From assembly GCA_052390235.1 (NCBI GenBank), contig JBQTHB010000006.1, positions 192,001 to 256,000 on the forward strand: DNA of 64,000 nucleotides, in the 5' to 3' direction. Origin of the DNA: Deltaproteobacteria bacterium (lineage in GTDB: Bacteria > Desulfobacterota_D > UBA1144 > Nemesobacterales > CSP1-2). Under the pieces are notes generated by a model. That model searched no databases. It worked only from the letters and a program-made list of their open reading frames with translations, and was not told where the DNA came from. A program made the translations under genes and the position numbers. This document shows, in pieces, positions 1 through 9,749 of this stretch (position 1 is its first letter; each line of letters starts with the position of its first letter).

Positions 1-833
1 CTCAGCAAGACGAGCGTTCCGGGAATAATGACGTCCTCTCTGCCGCGCTCAAGCCCCCGAACGCAAAGCCGCTCCGATGCCCTCATCGCCGCAAGACGGG
101 TAAACATCGCATCTACTTTTGCCCTTTTGAGCCGGTAGCCGTTGACCGCTTCGGCGTCGTAGCTCTCGAGTTCCAAATCAATTGCGGCAAGCGTCGTGGG
201 AGTTCCGGCTGTGGCAATGAGGGTCAAATCCTGCGGCGAGCCGTCCATCCACGAAAGCTCCCTCGCTAGCACGCCCTCGATTTCACCTAGCACGGCGCGG
301 ATTTCATCAGCGGTTGGAACGTCCGAGGCAATGAAACGCTCCTGCAGGTTTACGACGCCCATTTTCGCGCTGACCAGCCCCAAGATTTTGCCGCCTCCGA
401 CGTGGATGTACTCCGTGCTTCCGCCGCCGACATCAAAGATGAGAGAGCGAGCCGATGCAGGGCTTACGGATTCAAGCACTCCGCGCACGGTGAGCCTAGC
501 CTCCTGTTCGCCGGAAATCACCTCTAGCCTAATGCCGGTCTCTCGAAGGACGGATTCGATGAACTCAGCCCCGTTTCGGGACTCTCTGACGACACTCGTT
601 GCTACGGCTCTCACCGCCTCGACCCCGTAGCGGCTCAAGATTTGCGAGAACCGGCGAAGGGTCTGAATCCCCCTTTGCGATGCCTCAGTGGAGATGAGTC
701 CGTCTTTAAACCCTCCGCCGAGGCGTGTAACCGCGCGGTCAACGCAGATTGCCCTCAACCTCCCGCCGCCCTCGCTATCGGCTACGAAGAGTCTAAAGGT
801 GTTAGTGCCTACATCAATTGATGCGACTCTCAT
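1..833 (-). CDS. ppx: Ppx/GppA family exopolyphosphatase (3' end runs off the window)
   Basis: Not in the ORF track. Manual minus-strand translation from ATG 833 gives MRVASIDVGTNTFRLFV...VATSVVRE...ISGEQEARL...FDVGGGSTE...AGTPTTLAA, the ASKHA/Ppx motifs. Confidence 0.9.
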   Translation of the reverse strand, partial: MRVASIDVGTNTFRLFVADSEGGGRLRAICVDRAVTRLGGGFKDGLISTEASQRGIQTLRRFSQILSRYGVEAVRAVATSVVRESRNGAEFIESVLRETGIRLEVISGEQEARLTVRGVLESVSPASARSLIFDVGGGSTEYIHVGGGKILGLVSAKMGVVNLQERFIASDVPTADEIRAVLGEIEGVLARELSWMDGSPQDLTLIATAGTPTTLAAIDLELESYDAEAVNGYRLKRAKVDAMFTRLAAMRASERLCVRGLERGREDVIIPGTLVLL

Positions 834-918
834 ACGAAGATCCCTCGCAGTTATTAAAAACGGCGCATTCTCAAAGGTAGCCTCGGAGAAATCGCCGTGG
901 CAATTAGCCGCAGGCCCC

Positions 919-1428
919 TCAGGAATTCTTATAGAGTTTCATATACCCGACGTAGTTCAGGGCGGATTCTTTAATCCCCGCGATTTCTTTCGGCGAAAGT
1001 TCCCTGCGTATCTGCGCCGGAACTCCCATCACTATCGTGCGCGGGGGAACTTTAAACCGAGGCGGAACGAGGCTTCCCGCCCCTATAATAGAATCCTCGC
1101 CAACGACAGCCCCGTCGAGAACTATCGCCCCGATGCCCACGAGCGCCCTATCCCCGACCACGCATCCGTGAAGCACGGCCCTATGGCCCACAGTTACGTC
1201 GTCCCCGATAATCAGCGGATAGACATCCCGCCTTACGTGAAGCACCGAGCCATCCTGAATATTAGTCCTCGCGCCGATGCGGATGAAGTTCACATCCCCG
1301 CGCAGAACCGACTGAAACCACACGCCCGAGTCCTCTCCTATTGTAACGTCACCTATAACCTCCGCGCTCTCGGCGATAAAGGCAGTTGGGTGAATTCTCG
1401 GCGACGCGCCTTTAAACGGTATTATCAT
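919..1428 (-). CDS. Gamma carbonic anhydrase family (YrdA/PaaY-like) protein
   Basis: Hexapeptide repeats with RGDVNFIRIG, NIQDGSVLH and TVGHRAVLHGC. Confidence 0.9.
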   Translation of the reverse strand: MIIPFKGASPRIHPTAFIAESAEVIGDVTIGEDSGVWFQSVLRGDVNFIRIGARTNIQDGSVLHVRRDVYPLIIGDDVTVGHRAVLHGCVVGDRALVGIGAIVLDGAVVGEDSIIGAGSLVPPRFKVPPRTIVMGVPAQIRRELSPKEIAGIKESALNYVGYMKLYKNS

Positions 1429-1515
1429 GAGCTATAAATATGCCACAACAGACAAAAAATCATATTGCCCAGCGCGCTGTAGCCTCTCCATCCCAAATAG
1501 CGCAATTGCCCGCCC

Positions 1516-3597
1516 TCAGGATTCGGCTTTTTTCTCCTTTTCGGCGGCTTCAATAATTTTTGCGGCGATGTGGCTCGGCACTTCCTCGTAGTGGGCGAGT
1601 TCCATCGAGAAAATCCCCCTGCCGCTCGTAAGTGAGCGCAGTTCAGGGGCGTAGGTGAGAATTTCCGCCATCGGTATCAGAGCCTTGATGAGATGCCCGC
1701 CCGATTTCGGCTCAACCCCCGCAACCTTACCCCTCCTCGCGTTGACATCGCCGATGACATCTCCTATGCAGTCCTCCGGCGTGAAAACCTCCATGCGCAT
1801 AACCGGCTCAAGAAGCACAGGCTCTGCCATTTCCATCGCCTTTTTAAATCCCATAGAACCCGCAATTTTAAACGCAATGTCCGAGGAGTCCACCGGATGA
1901 TATTTCCCATCGAAGAGTATCGCCCTCACGTCCACCACCGGATACCCCGCGACAATCCCCCTAGCCATCGCCTCATGCACGCCCTTCTCTACGGACGGAA
2001 TATAGTTCTTCGGCACTACCCCGCCTACTATTCTATCCGCGAACTCAAAGCCCCCGCCCTTGGGAAGCGGCTCTATTTCGAGCCAAGCATCTCCGTACTG
2101 CCCCCTGCCTCCTGTCTGCTTTATATACTTCCCCTCGGCTTTGGCAGATACCTTAATTGTCTCTCTGTAGGGGACTTTCGGAGGCTTCATGTCAACGTTC
2201 ACGCCATAGACAGTTTTTAGTTTATCCACGACGATTTCAATGTGAACCTGGCCTGAGCCGGACAGGAGAAATTCCTTTGTCTCTTCGTCGCGCCTGAAGT
2301 GGATTGTGGGGTCTTCCTCGCGGATTCTGTGGAGGGACGATAGGAGCTTGTCCTCGTCGTTTCGGGTTCGAGGCTGAATGGCGTAGGAGATAACGGCTTG
2401 GGGCATCGGCACGGGGTGAATTACTATCGGGCTATGCTCGTCCGAGAGGGAGTCTCCGGTTTCAGTGTCGCGGAGTTTATTGAGCGCGGCGATGTCGCCG
2501 AAGAGCAGAGAGTCGGCCGGAAACTGTTTTTTACCTATGACTCTGAAGGGCGAGGCTATTTTTTCGCGGGATTTTTTAGTCGAGTTATAGATTGTGGAGT
2601 CGGGCTTTATAGATCCTGAAAACACCCTGAAAATGCTCATCTTCCCCGCGTAGGGGTCGGAGAGGGTCTTATAGACGAAAGCCGAATAAGGCTCGTCGGC
2701 GGAGGGGCGTCTGTCTATCTCCTCAGATTTAGCCCCCCTTCCGGCGACGCTAGGCCTCTCAATCGGAGAGGGCAGATACCTCTCTACGGCGTCAATGAGA
2801 AAATCCAGCCCTATGAGCTTTGCCGCCGAGCCTACGAAAACCGGGGCGATTTTCGCGCTAAGCACCCCTTCGCGTAGCATCTTGCGAATCAAGTCGTTAT
2901 CGAATGTCTCGCCGCCGAGGTATTTCTCCAGCAGTTCGTCGTCCATTTCGGCTACGGCTTCGATTAATCTCTCCCTCCACGAGTCAGCCTCCCCCTGCAA
3001 ATCCGAAGGCATTGGGGCTTCAGCGCGCCTCCCCCCCTCGCCGTAGCGGTACGCCTTCATCTCAATCAAATCAATGACCCCTTTGAAGCTGTCCTCCTGC
3101 CCGATGGGAATGGTTATCGGCACGGGCTTTACCTCTAAATCCTTTTCAATGTCGGCGAGGGCGTTTGTAAAATTCGCCCGCTCCCTGTCGAGTTTATTCA
3201 TAAACAGCACCCTCGGAATCCCCATATCAGCCGCCATCTGCCAGAATTTCTCCGTCTGAGTCTTCACGCCAGAGATCGCGCTCACCATGACGACTACGCC
3301 GTCAACGATTTTCATCGCGCTTTCGGTCTCGAAAAGGAAATTCACAAATCCCGGCGTGTCCACGAGGTTGATTAGATATTCCCCGTACTCCAGAAACGAG
3401 AGGTGAGAGTTTATTGACATTTTCCGCGCCTGCTCTTCGGGGTCGTAATCCAGATGAGACGAGCCGTCGTCCACTCTGCCGAGTTTTTGAGTAGCCCCGG
3501 CGAGATATAAAATCCCTTCAGCCAAAGATGTTTTTCCCGCGCCGTGGTGAGCTATGAGGGCGACGTTTCTGACCTTCTCTCGAGCGTACTGTTTCAT
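1516..3597 (-). CDS. Elongation factor G paralog (EF-G2/FusA2-like)
   Basis: Full EF-G architecture (AHHGAGKT, DTPGF, NKLD, KQTGGRGQYG, HPVDSSDIAF). GGAGG SD places the start at ATG 3597. Not in an rpsL-rpsG-tuf operon. Confidence 0.9.
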   Translation of the reverse strand: MKQYAREKVRNVALIAHHGAGKTSLAEGILYLAGATQKLGRVDDGSSHLDYDPEEQARKMSINSHLSFLEYGEYLINLVDTPGFVNFLFETESAMKIVDGVVVMVSAISGVKTQTEKFWQMAADMGIPRVLFMNKLDRERANFTNALADIEKDLEVKPVPITIPIGQEDSFKGVIDLIEMKAYRYGEGGRRAEAPMPSDLQGEADSWRERLIEAVAEMDDELLEKYLGGETFDNDLIRKMLREGVLSAKIAPVFVGSAAKLIGLDFLIDAVERYLPSPIERPSVAGRGAKSEEIDRRPSADEPYSAFVYKTLSDPYAGKMSIFRVFSGSIKPDSTIYNSTKKSREKIASPFRVIGKKQFPADSLLFGDIAALNKLRDTETGDSLSDEHSPIVIHPVPMPQAVISYAIQPRTRNDEDKLLSSLHRIREEDPTIHFRRDEETKEFLLSGSGQVHIEIVVDKLKTVYGVNVDMKPPKVPYRETIKVSAKAEGKYIKQTGGRGQYGDAWLEIEPLPKGGGFEFADRIVGGVVPKNYIPSVEKGVHEAMARGIVAGYPVVDVRAILFDGKYHPVDSSDIAFKIAGSMGFKKAMEMAEPVLLEPVMRMEVFTPEDCIGDVIGDVNARRGKVAGVEPKSGGHLIKALIPMAEILTYAPELRSLTSGRGIFSMELAHYEEVPSHIAAKIIEAAEKEKKAES

Positions 3598-3861
3598 TGT
3601 GGGATTCCTCCAGAGGGGGAGATTTTCCACTATTATAGAACCCAAGCGCAGAATTTGTAAAGGTGATTTTAATTTCCGATTAAGATTCGGCTAAAACCCG
3701 GGATATGGGATTCAGCATAGATACTCGTCATTTTGGGTCATGGTCGGGTATGGCATATCTGGCCTCCGCTCAGTATGAAGGGTCATTCTATTCGAGCGGG
3801 AGCGGCTGAGGCTGAGGTTGTGAACTCTTCACGCCTGACACACTGCGAACACCTCATTTCA

Positions 3862-3920
3862 GTCATTCCGAACTCAGAGAGGAATCTTACTTAAGATCTC
3901 TCGCCTCGCTCGAAATGACA
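3862..3920. repeat. REP-like palindromic element (GTCATT...AATGAC type)
   Basis: GTCATTCCGA...GAGAGGAATCT tactta AGATCTCTCG...TCGAAATGACA forms an imperfect hairpin in a long intergenic gap. Confidence 0.55.
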
Positions 3921-3985
3921 CAGCGGGGCAGAGCGGCTCGGCGCATGACGATGATTTTATATCGCCATAAACGGACTCACATAAA

Positions 3986-5944
3986 TTAATCCTCCGGCAC
4001 GGCGATTTCATATACGACAAACCCCTGGCTAATCCCCTTTGCCGTGATACTGCCCGCGCACCTCGCAGATACGAAATCCTTCACGCGCTCAAACACAGGC
4101 TCGCTTACTAAAATCCCCTCCACTGGGGCGACGCTCTCTAGCCTCTGAGCCAAATTCACATTCGCCCCAATGACCGTATAATCCATGCGCTTGAGCGACC
4201 CCATGTTGCCCACAACGACGTCGCCCGTATTAATTCCGACGCGGATTTTTATCGCAAGCCTCCCCTCGGCTTCCCACCTGCGCCTAAGCCGGCGCGTTTT
4301 TTGCTGCATTTCAATGGCGGCTCTGACGGCGCGAAGGGCGTGGTCTGGCTGATGAACCGGATCTCCGAAGAATACCATCAGTCCGTCGCCGATGAATTTG
4401 TCTATCGTCCCCTCGTGTTTGAATACGATTTTTGCCATCTCGTCGAAATATTCGTTTAGCGTAAGCCGTATCTGCTCCGGCTCTTGAGTGGTTGACCACG
4501 ATGTGAAGCCCGATATGTCGCTGAATAGGACGGTGAGGGATTTTCTCTCGCTCGCCATGAGTTTTTCCGGGGATTTTAAAATTTTATTCAGCACCCCAGG
4601 GGCAAAATAATTCTCGAACATACGCCTCAGATACGCCTTTTCCCGTTCCTCGGCGAGATAGCGGTAGGCGTTCACGGAAACGAGGGCGAATATAAATCCG
4701 AGCGACGGGCGGACGGCGTTTGTGAGGGTGTTCTGATGGAGAAAGAGCCAAACGACCGAGGCGGCAAAGACGACGAAGAGGAGCAGAGCGCATATTGAAA
4801 ATCGCGCCGCCCGAAACCTGAGCGCGAATAACACGAGAAACACTATTAAGCCCACATCGGCAAGCGCGCTCCAAGCGGGTGAAAGCTCGCTTAGGAAATT
4901 CTCCGTCAGCACCGTGTTGGCAATATTCGCATGGACGCCGCTCAGGGGATAGGCGTTCTCAAGGGGGATGGGCCCTATGTCCCCGGCTCCGGTGGAAACA
5001 TCTGCAACAATTGCCAAATCCCCCTGCATGACCTCCCGCAGTTCGTCGAGAGCGGCGGCATCTCCCTCGGCCCCCAGGAGAGCCGAGAAGGAGTAGTGCT
5101 TGAAAGAATCGTTCCATGTACCTGCGAAGTTCAGAATCATACGCCCCCTGCCGTCAACGGGAATGGCAACATCCCTCACCCCGCCGTCTGGGAATTTCGC
5201 TCCCCGAAGGGTAATCCTCCCGCGAGATAGCTCGATACGCTCCGGGGGAACGCCGAGATAATCGCATACCATGCGAAATGTCAAGCTCGGCGCGTAGCCG
5301 TCTCCATATCGGATGAGAAGGGCAAACCGCCTATAGACTCCGTCTGCGTCGGGATATGCCGTGATGTGTCCGACTCCCTTGGCAAATTTCGCCAAATCTG
5401 GAAAAGTCGGATACGCCCCCTTTGCCGCCAGCATGGATTCGCCGCCGCCAAAATCGCGGGGACGCCAGAGGGTCTCGTCCATCAGCGCCTGCTCTTGAGG
5501 GGATAGCGCAGGGGGAGCAGATACGCCACCATATTCCTCAAGGGCAAGCACAACGGGGAAATAGACCGTCTTGGCGCGCTCTGTCGCCTCGATAAAATAG
5601 GAGTCGCTCTCTTGGGCAGACGGGCGCTGGAACAAAATGTCGTAGGTTATGGTTTCCGCTCCGCCCTTGGAGAGGATGTCCGTAATACGCCCGTAGAGGG
5701 TTCTATCCCAGGGGAATCCCCTGAGTTCCTGAAGGCTTGAGTCGTTGAGGTCAACGTGGGCTATGTGGGGGTAAATCTCCTGCCTGCCGAATAATTTATA
5801 GCGGAGTTGAAAGAGCTGGTCGTTAGTCTGAAGATTCCACACGCTAAAAACGCTTGGCAGAAGGAGAAATAGGAGCGACGCAATGAGAAAAGAGCCGGCG
5901 ACAAGAGCGGCGATGCGGATTTTATAAGCCCTATTTGTGTTCAA
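3986..5944 (-). CDS. CHASE2-domain class III adenylate cyclase
   Basis: N-terminal TM, CHASE2 motifs (PWDR, DADGVYRR, SGVHAN), three TMs, then a cyclase domain (FSDISGFT, DKFIGDG, DYTVIGANVNLAQRLE). The Lys/Asp specificity residues indicate ATP. Confidence 0.9.
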   Translation of the reverse strand: MNTNRAYKIRIAALVAGSFLIASLLFLLLPSVFSVWNLQTNDQLFQLRYKLFGRQEIYPHIAHVDLNDSSLQELRGFPWDRTLYGRITDILSKGGAETITYDILFQRPSAQESDSYFIEATERAKTVYFPVVLALEEYGGVSAPPALSPQEQALMDETLWRPRDFGGGESMLAAKGAYPTFPDLAKFAKGVGHITAYPDADGVYRRFALLIRYGDGYAPSLTFRMVCDYLGVPPERIELSRGRITLRGAKFPDGGVRDVAIPVDGRGRMILNFAGTWNDSFKHYSFSALLGAEGDAAALDELREVMQGDLAIVADVSTGAGDIGPIPLENAYPLSGVHANIANTVLTENFLSELSPAWSALADVGLIVFLVLFALRFRAARFSICALLLFVVFAASVVWLFLHQNTLTNAVRPSLGFIFALVSVNAYRYLAEEREKAYLRRMFENYFAPGVLNKILKSPEKLMASERKSLTVLFSDISGFTSWSTTQEPEQIRLTLNEYFDEMAKIVFKHEGTIDKFIGDGLMVFFGDPVHQPDHALRAVRAAIEMQQKTRRLRRRWEAEGRLAIKIRVGINTGDVVVGNMGSLKRMDYTVIGANVNLAQRLESVAPVEGILVSEPVFERVKDFVSARCAGSITAKGISQGFVVYEIAVPED

Positions 5945-6647
5945 TCCTGATAGTCTTACTGAAGAAATTCACTGCCTCAACCACTGTCGCAAGCGTTTCA
6001 ATATCGGTCTCGCGAGGGTATGTCGGAATATAGACGTAGCCGTATGAGCCGGCGACCTCTATCGGTTTTTCAGGCTCGGCGGCAAATTTGCTATTGCGCC
6101 GCTTGAGGTCTCTAATCTCGGCAATCAAATCCGCCGAGGCGCGCTCTTTGGCCGATTTAGCGGCGGCGAGGTATTTCTCGGTCAGCGTCTCAAGACGGCG
6201 GAGTCTCTGGGCGGAGGCGAGGAGATAAATTACGGATTTCCCCCCCTTTTGTTGCTTTGGCAATAACCAATCTCCGCCAGCGGGGATGTAGTATTTCCCT
6301 CCGCCGTTGGCGCGGCTTTGATTGAAATCCTCAATTGAAGCGGGAAAAAGTAGCCTCACGTCGTTTTCAGGCTCAGCGAGATAGGCATAGACGTAGGCGT
6401 TTTTAACCGGGCTGATATAGATTTTCAGCACATCGCCCGGATAGAGCGAGTAGTCTTCGGTTATTTGAATTATTTCACTGCCGCCCAGAGAGTCCAAACA
6501 CGCCGCAACAGTCCACCTGAAGCTGAGAGTTGATTCATCATCTGCGGCGGATTGAGAGTCCTCGGCGCGCCCCCCCACTCCTAAGGAAACCACCGCAGTC
6601 AGCAATAACGCAAGCGGCAATCTCAATTTAGCCCATAGGTTCTGCAT
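5931..6647 (-). CDS. Exported DUF4384-like protein (paralog 1)
   Basis: Signal peptide, LYPGDVLKIYI...AYVYAY...LLFP...YYIP motif. Stop overlaps the cyclase start. Confidence 0.7.
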   Translation of the reverse strand: MQNLWAKLRLPLALLLTAVVSLGVGGRAEDSQSAADDESTLSFRWTVAACLDSLGGSEIIQITEDYSLYPGDVLKIYISPVKNAYVYAYLAEPENDVRLLFPASIEDFNQSRANGGGKYYIPAGGDWLLPKQQKGGKSVIYLLASAQRLRRLETLTEKYLAAAKSAKERASADLIAEIRDLKRRNSKFAAEPEKPIEVAGSYGYVYIPTYPRETDIETLATVVEAVNFFSKTIRIEHK

Positions 6648-6674
6648 CTAGCCAGCCCCCTTTTTTTCAGGCAC

Positions 6675-7343
6675 TTATTTGTGTTCTATTCTGATGGTTT
6701 TAGAGTAGAAACCCTTAGCGCTCGTCCGAGTGGCGAGTTTCTCAATATCCGCATCCCCGCGGAAACTCCCCGCAATTTGAACGGGCTTCTGAGGTTCAGC
6801 GGCAAATTTACTGTTCCGGCGCTTGAGGTCTCTAATCTCGGCAATCAAATCCGCCGCGGCGCTCTCTTTGGCTGTTTTAGTTGCGGCGAGGTATTTCTCG
6901 GTCAGCGTCTCAAGACGGCGGAGTCTCAGGGCGGAGGCGAGAATATGGAAAGTCTCTTCGCCTGTATTTTGGTCTAAGGCGAGCCACTCCCCCCCGCTGG
7001 GGACGTAGTATTTCTCCCCAAAGGCGTAGCGCTTATCAAAATCACTGAGGGAGCGGGGGAAAAGGAGATGCACGTGCCGCAGTGAGTCAATCAGATAGAT
7101 ATAGACATAAGAGTTGTCAATGGGATTAACAAAAATTTTGAATAAGTCGCCGGATTTAAGAGACGTATCCCCCACGATGGGCAATATCTCATCGCCTTTG
7201 GACTCGATTCGCGCCGCTATCGCCCACCGGAAGCTGAGTTCCAAATCCTCAGCCGAAGCTCCCCGCATATCGGTCAGAGCAAACAGAGAGCCGATAAAGA
7301 GGGATGAGCTAAGTAGAAAAATATAGAGTCGCGCTCTCATCAT
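6675..7343 (-). CDS. Exported DUF4384-like protein (paralog 2)
   Basis: Signal/TM segment, LKSGDLFKIFV...YVYIYLIDS...LLFP...LDQNTGEETFHILAS. Start uncertain (7340, 7343 or 7391). Confidence 0.75.
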   Translation of the reverse strand: MMRARLYIFLLSSSLFIGSLFALTDMRGASAEDLELSFRWAIAARIESKGDEILPIVGDTSLKSGDLFKIFVNPIDNSYVYIYLIDSLRHVHLLFPRSLSDFDKRYAFGEKYYVPSGGEWLALDQNTGEETFHILASALRLRRLETLTEKYLAATKTAKESAAADLIAEIRDLKRRNSKFAAEPQKPVQIAGSFRGDADIEKLATRTSAKGFYSKTIRIEHK

Positions 7344-7474
7344 GGGGCTTGTCCCTATTTTTAAACCGCCGCGCAGGCAATGAGGTTTCATTTCTCGCCC
7401 CCCTATCCCCCGCTAAACGCAAAAAAACCGCGCAGAGGGCATAAGCCGCCCCGCCCTAGATTATTTTCGGGAAC

Positions 7475-7681
7475 TTAAGATGCGGTTTTGTATTTTCTAT
7501 TAAACCTCTCCACCCTGCCCCTAGCTTCAGCCGACCTCTCTCTGCCGGTATAGAAGGGGTGGCAATTCGAGCAAATTTCCACGGAGAAATTCGACGCACG
7601 GCTTGACCTCGTCTTGTATGACGCTCCGCAGGCGCAGGATATTACGATGTCATTATACTTAGGATGAATATTGGCTTTCAT
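7475..7681 (-). CDS. rpmE: 50S ribosomal protein L31, zinc-binding (C+) type
   Basis: MKANIHPKY...CACG...EICSNCHPFYTG...GRVERF. AAGGAGG SD. Confidence 0.97.
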   Translation of the reverse strand: MKANIHPKYNDIVISCACGASYKTRSSRASNFSVEICSNCHPFYTGRERSAEARGRVERFNRKYKTAS

Positions 7682-7759
7682 GTTCTGTAAAACCTCCTTA
7701 AACAGAGGGGAATTCTACATTGAAAAGTGGATTTGGCAATGCGGGCATCAATTCAATAT

Positions 7760-7789
7760 AAAAAAGAGAGCGGCAAGCCCGCCGCCCTC
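7760..7789 (-). terminator. Intrinsic terminator after dnaK
   Basis: Minus strand reads GAGGGCGGC-GGGCTT-GCCGCTCTC followed by TTTTTT. Confidence 0.8.
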
Positions 7790-7806
7790 CCGTTCGCATA
7801 GCCAAT

Positions 7807-9717
7807 TTATTTCTCTGTAAATTCGGCGTCTATCACGTCGTCGCCGTCCTTGCCGGGTCTCTGCCCCGCGCTGCCGCCAGAAGCCGGATTCGAGGCATCT
7901 TCGCCTGAGCCAGATGTCTGCTTGTACATCATCTCGGCGATTTTGTGCGAGGCTCTGGTAATGCGCTCCATTGCCGCCTGCACCTCGCCCGCGTCTTCGC
8001 CCTTAAGGGCTTTGCGCCCGGATTCAAGCGCGTCTTCGAGTTCCTTTTTATCCTCTTCGGTGAGTCTCTCCTCGAATTCCTTGAAACTCTTGGAGGTCCT
8101 ATAAATCAGGTCGTCGAGCTTATTTCTGCTCTCGACAAATTCCCGCCGTTTCTTATCGTCTTCAGCCTGCTCTTCGGCGTCTGTAACCATTTTATCAATC
8201 TGGTCCTTAGAAAGCCCGCTCGAAGCCTCGACCCTGACCTTCTGCTGTTTCTGAGACGCCATATCCTTCGCCCCTACATGGAGAATCCCGTCGGCGTCAA
8301 TATCGAACGACACCTCAACCTGCGGAATCCCTCTCGGCGCGGGCGGCATCCCATCCAATATAAACCTCGCCAGTGTCCTATTATCGCGCGCCATCTGACG
8401 CTCCCCCTGAAGCACGTGAATCTCGACCGAGGTCTGACTGTCTTCGGCTGTGGTAAACACCTGGCTCTTTTTTGTAGGGATAGTGGTGTTTCTCGTAATG
8501 ATGGACGTCATAACGCCGCCCAGAGTCTCGATACCGAGCGACAGGGGCGTGACGTCGAGCAGAAGCACGTCTCTGACCTCGCCCCCCAGCACCGCGCCTT
8601 GAATCGCCGCCCCTACGGCTACGACCTCGTCCGGGTTGATGCCCTTTTGCGGCTCTTTCCCGAAGAAATCGGTTACGACCTTCTGCACGAGGGGAATTCT
8701 CGTAGAGCCGCCGACAAGGACGACCTCGGTAATGCCGCTTGCCTTAAGCGCCGCGTCTTTGAGGGCTTGGCGGCACGGCTCAAGCGTTCCCATGACTAAA
8801 TCCTCGACGAGTTGCTCGAATTTCGAGCGCGTGAGTTTCATAATAAGATGCCTCGGCCCAGCGGCGTCAGCCGTGATGAAGGGCAGGTTTATCTCGGTCT
8901 CAAGCGTGGTCGAAAGCTCGCACTTCGCCTTTTCCGACGCCTCGCGCAGACGCTGAAGCGCCATTTTATCCCTCCCAAGGTCAATTCCCGACTCCTTCTT
9001 AAACTCGGCAATTAGGTAGTCCATTATGCGGGCGTCAAAATCGTCTCCGCCCAAGTGCGTGTTTCCGTTCGTGGACTTCACCTCAATGACGTTGTCGCCA
9101 ATTTCGAGTACGGAAATGTCGAAAGTCCCTCCGCCAAGGTCATAAACGGCTATCATGCCCTCTTTTTTCTTATCGAATCCATAAGCGAGAGCGGCGGCTG
9201 TGGGCTCGTTTATGATGCGTTTTACGTTTAGACCCGCAATCTTGCCCGCGTCTTTGGTTGCCTGACGCTGGCTATCGTTAAAATAGGCAGGAACAGTGAT
9301 TACGGCTTCTTCAACCTCGCTTCCGAGATAGGTCTCAGCCGCTTTTTTGAGCTTCATTAGAACGTGAGAGGATATTTGGGGCGGGGAGTACTGCCTGCCA
9401 GAGGCTTCGACCCAAGCGTCCCCGTTTGGAGATTTGGCAATTTTATAGGGGAGGCGTTTTGCCTCGTTCTGGACTTCGTCGCTACGGCGTCCCATGAGCC
9501 TCTTTACGGAGAAAATGGTGTTTTCGGGATTCACGACTGACTGCCTCTTAGCGGGGCCCCCGACCAAAATCTCTCCGTCCTTTGCAAAGGCAACGATGGA
9601 CGGGGTAATTCTCGAGCCTTCTTCGTTTATCAGCACTTTTGGCTCGCCTCCCTCGACTATGGCTACGACGGAGTTCGTAGTGCCGAGGTCAATTCCTATT
9701 ATCTTCTTCGTGGACAT
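7807..9717 (-). CDS. dnaK: Chaperone DnaK (Hsp70)
   Basis: [37 protein letters not shown]-terminal DAEF. Confidence 0.98.
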   Translation of the reverse strand: MSTKKIIGIDLGTTNSVVAIVEGGEPKVLINEEGSRITPSIVAFAKDGEILVGGPAKRQSVVNPENTIFSVKRLMGRRSDEVQNEAKRLPYKIAKSPNGDAWVEASGRQYSPPQISSHVLMKLKKAAETYLGSEVEEAVITVPAYFNDSQRQATKDAGKIAGLNVKRIINEPTAAALAYGFDKKKEGMIAVYDLGGGTFDISVLEIGDNVIEVKSTNGNTHLGGDDFDARIMDYLIAEFKKESGIDLGRDKMALQRLREASEKAKCELSTTLETEINLPFITADAAGPRHLIMKLTRSKFEQLVEDLVMGTLEPCRQALKDAALKASGITEVVLVGGSTRIPLVQKVVTDFFGKEPQKGINPDEVVAVGAAIQGAVLGGEVRDVLLLDVTPLSLGIETLGGVMTSIITRNTTIPTKKSQVFTTAEDSQTSVEIHVLQGERQMARDNRTLARFILDGMPPAPRGIPQVEVSFDIDADGILHVGAKDMASQKQQKVRVEASSGLSKDQIDKMVTDAEEQAEDDKKRREFVESRNKLDDLIYRTSKSFKEFEERLTEEDKKELEDALESGRKALKGEDAGEVQAAMERITRASHKIAEMMYKQTSGSGEDASNPASGGSAGQRPGKDGDDVIDAEFTEK

Positions 9718-9749
9718 CTAAATTATTTCCTCCTGAGATTTATATTAGA

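Noticed and set aside
196..1437. Plus-strand ORFs 196-630 and 688-1437
   Set aside because: They are shadows of the minus-strand ppx and gamma-CA genes, which carry the conserved motifs.
1431..1445. sigma54-like TGGCATATTTATAGC upstream of the gamma-CA gene
   Set aside because: The -12 element is imperfect and the implied TSS would fall inside the coding sequence.
7945..8799. 284-aa plus-strand ORF antisense to dnaK
   Set aside because: Long antisense ORFs are a well-known shadow of Hsp70 codon usage. It has no independent coding signals.
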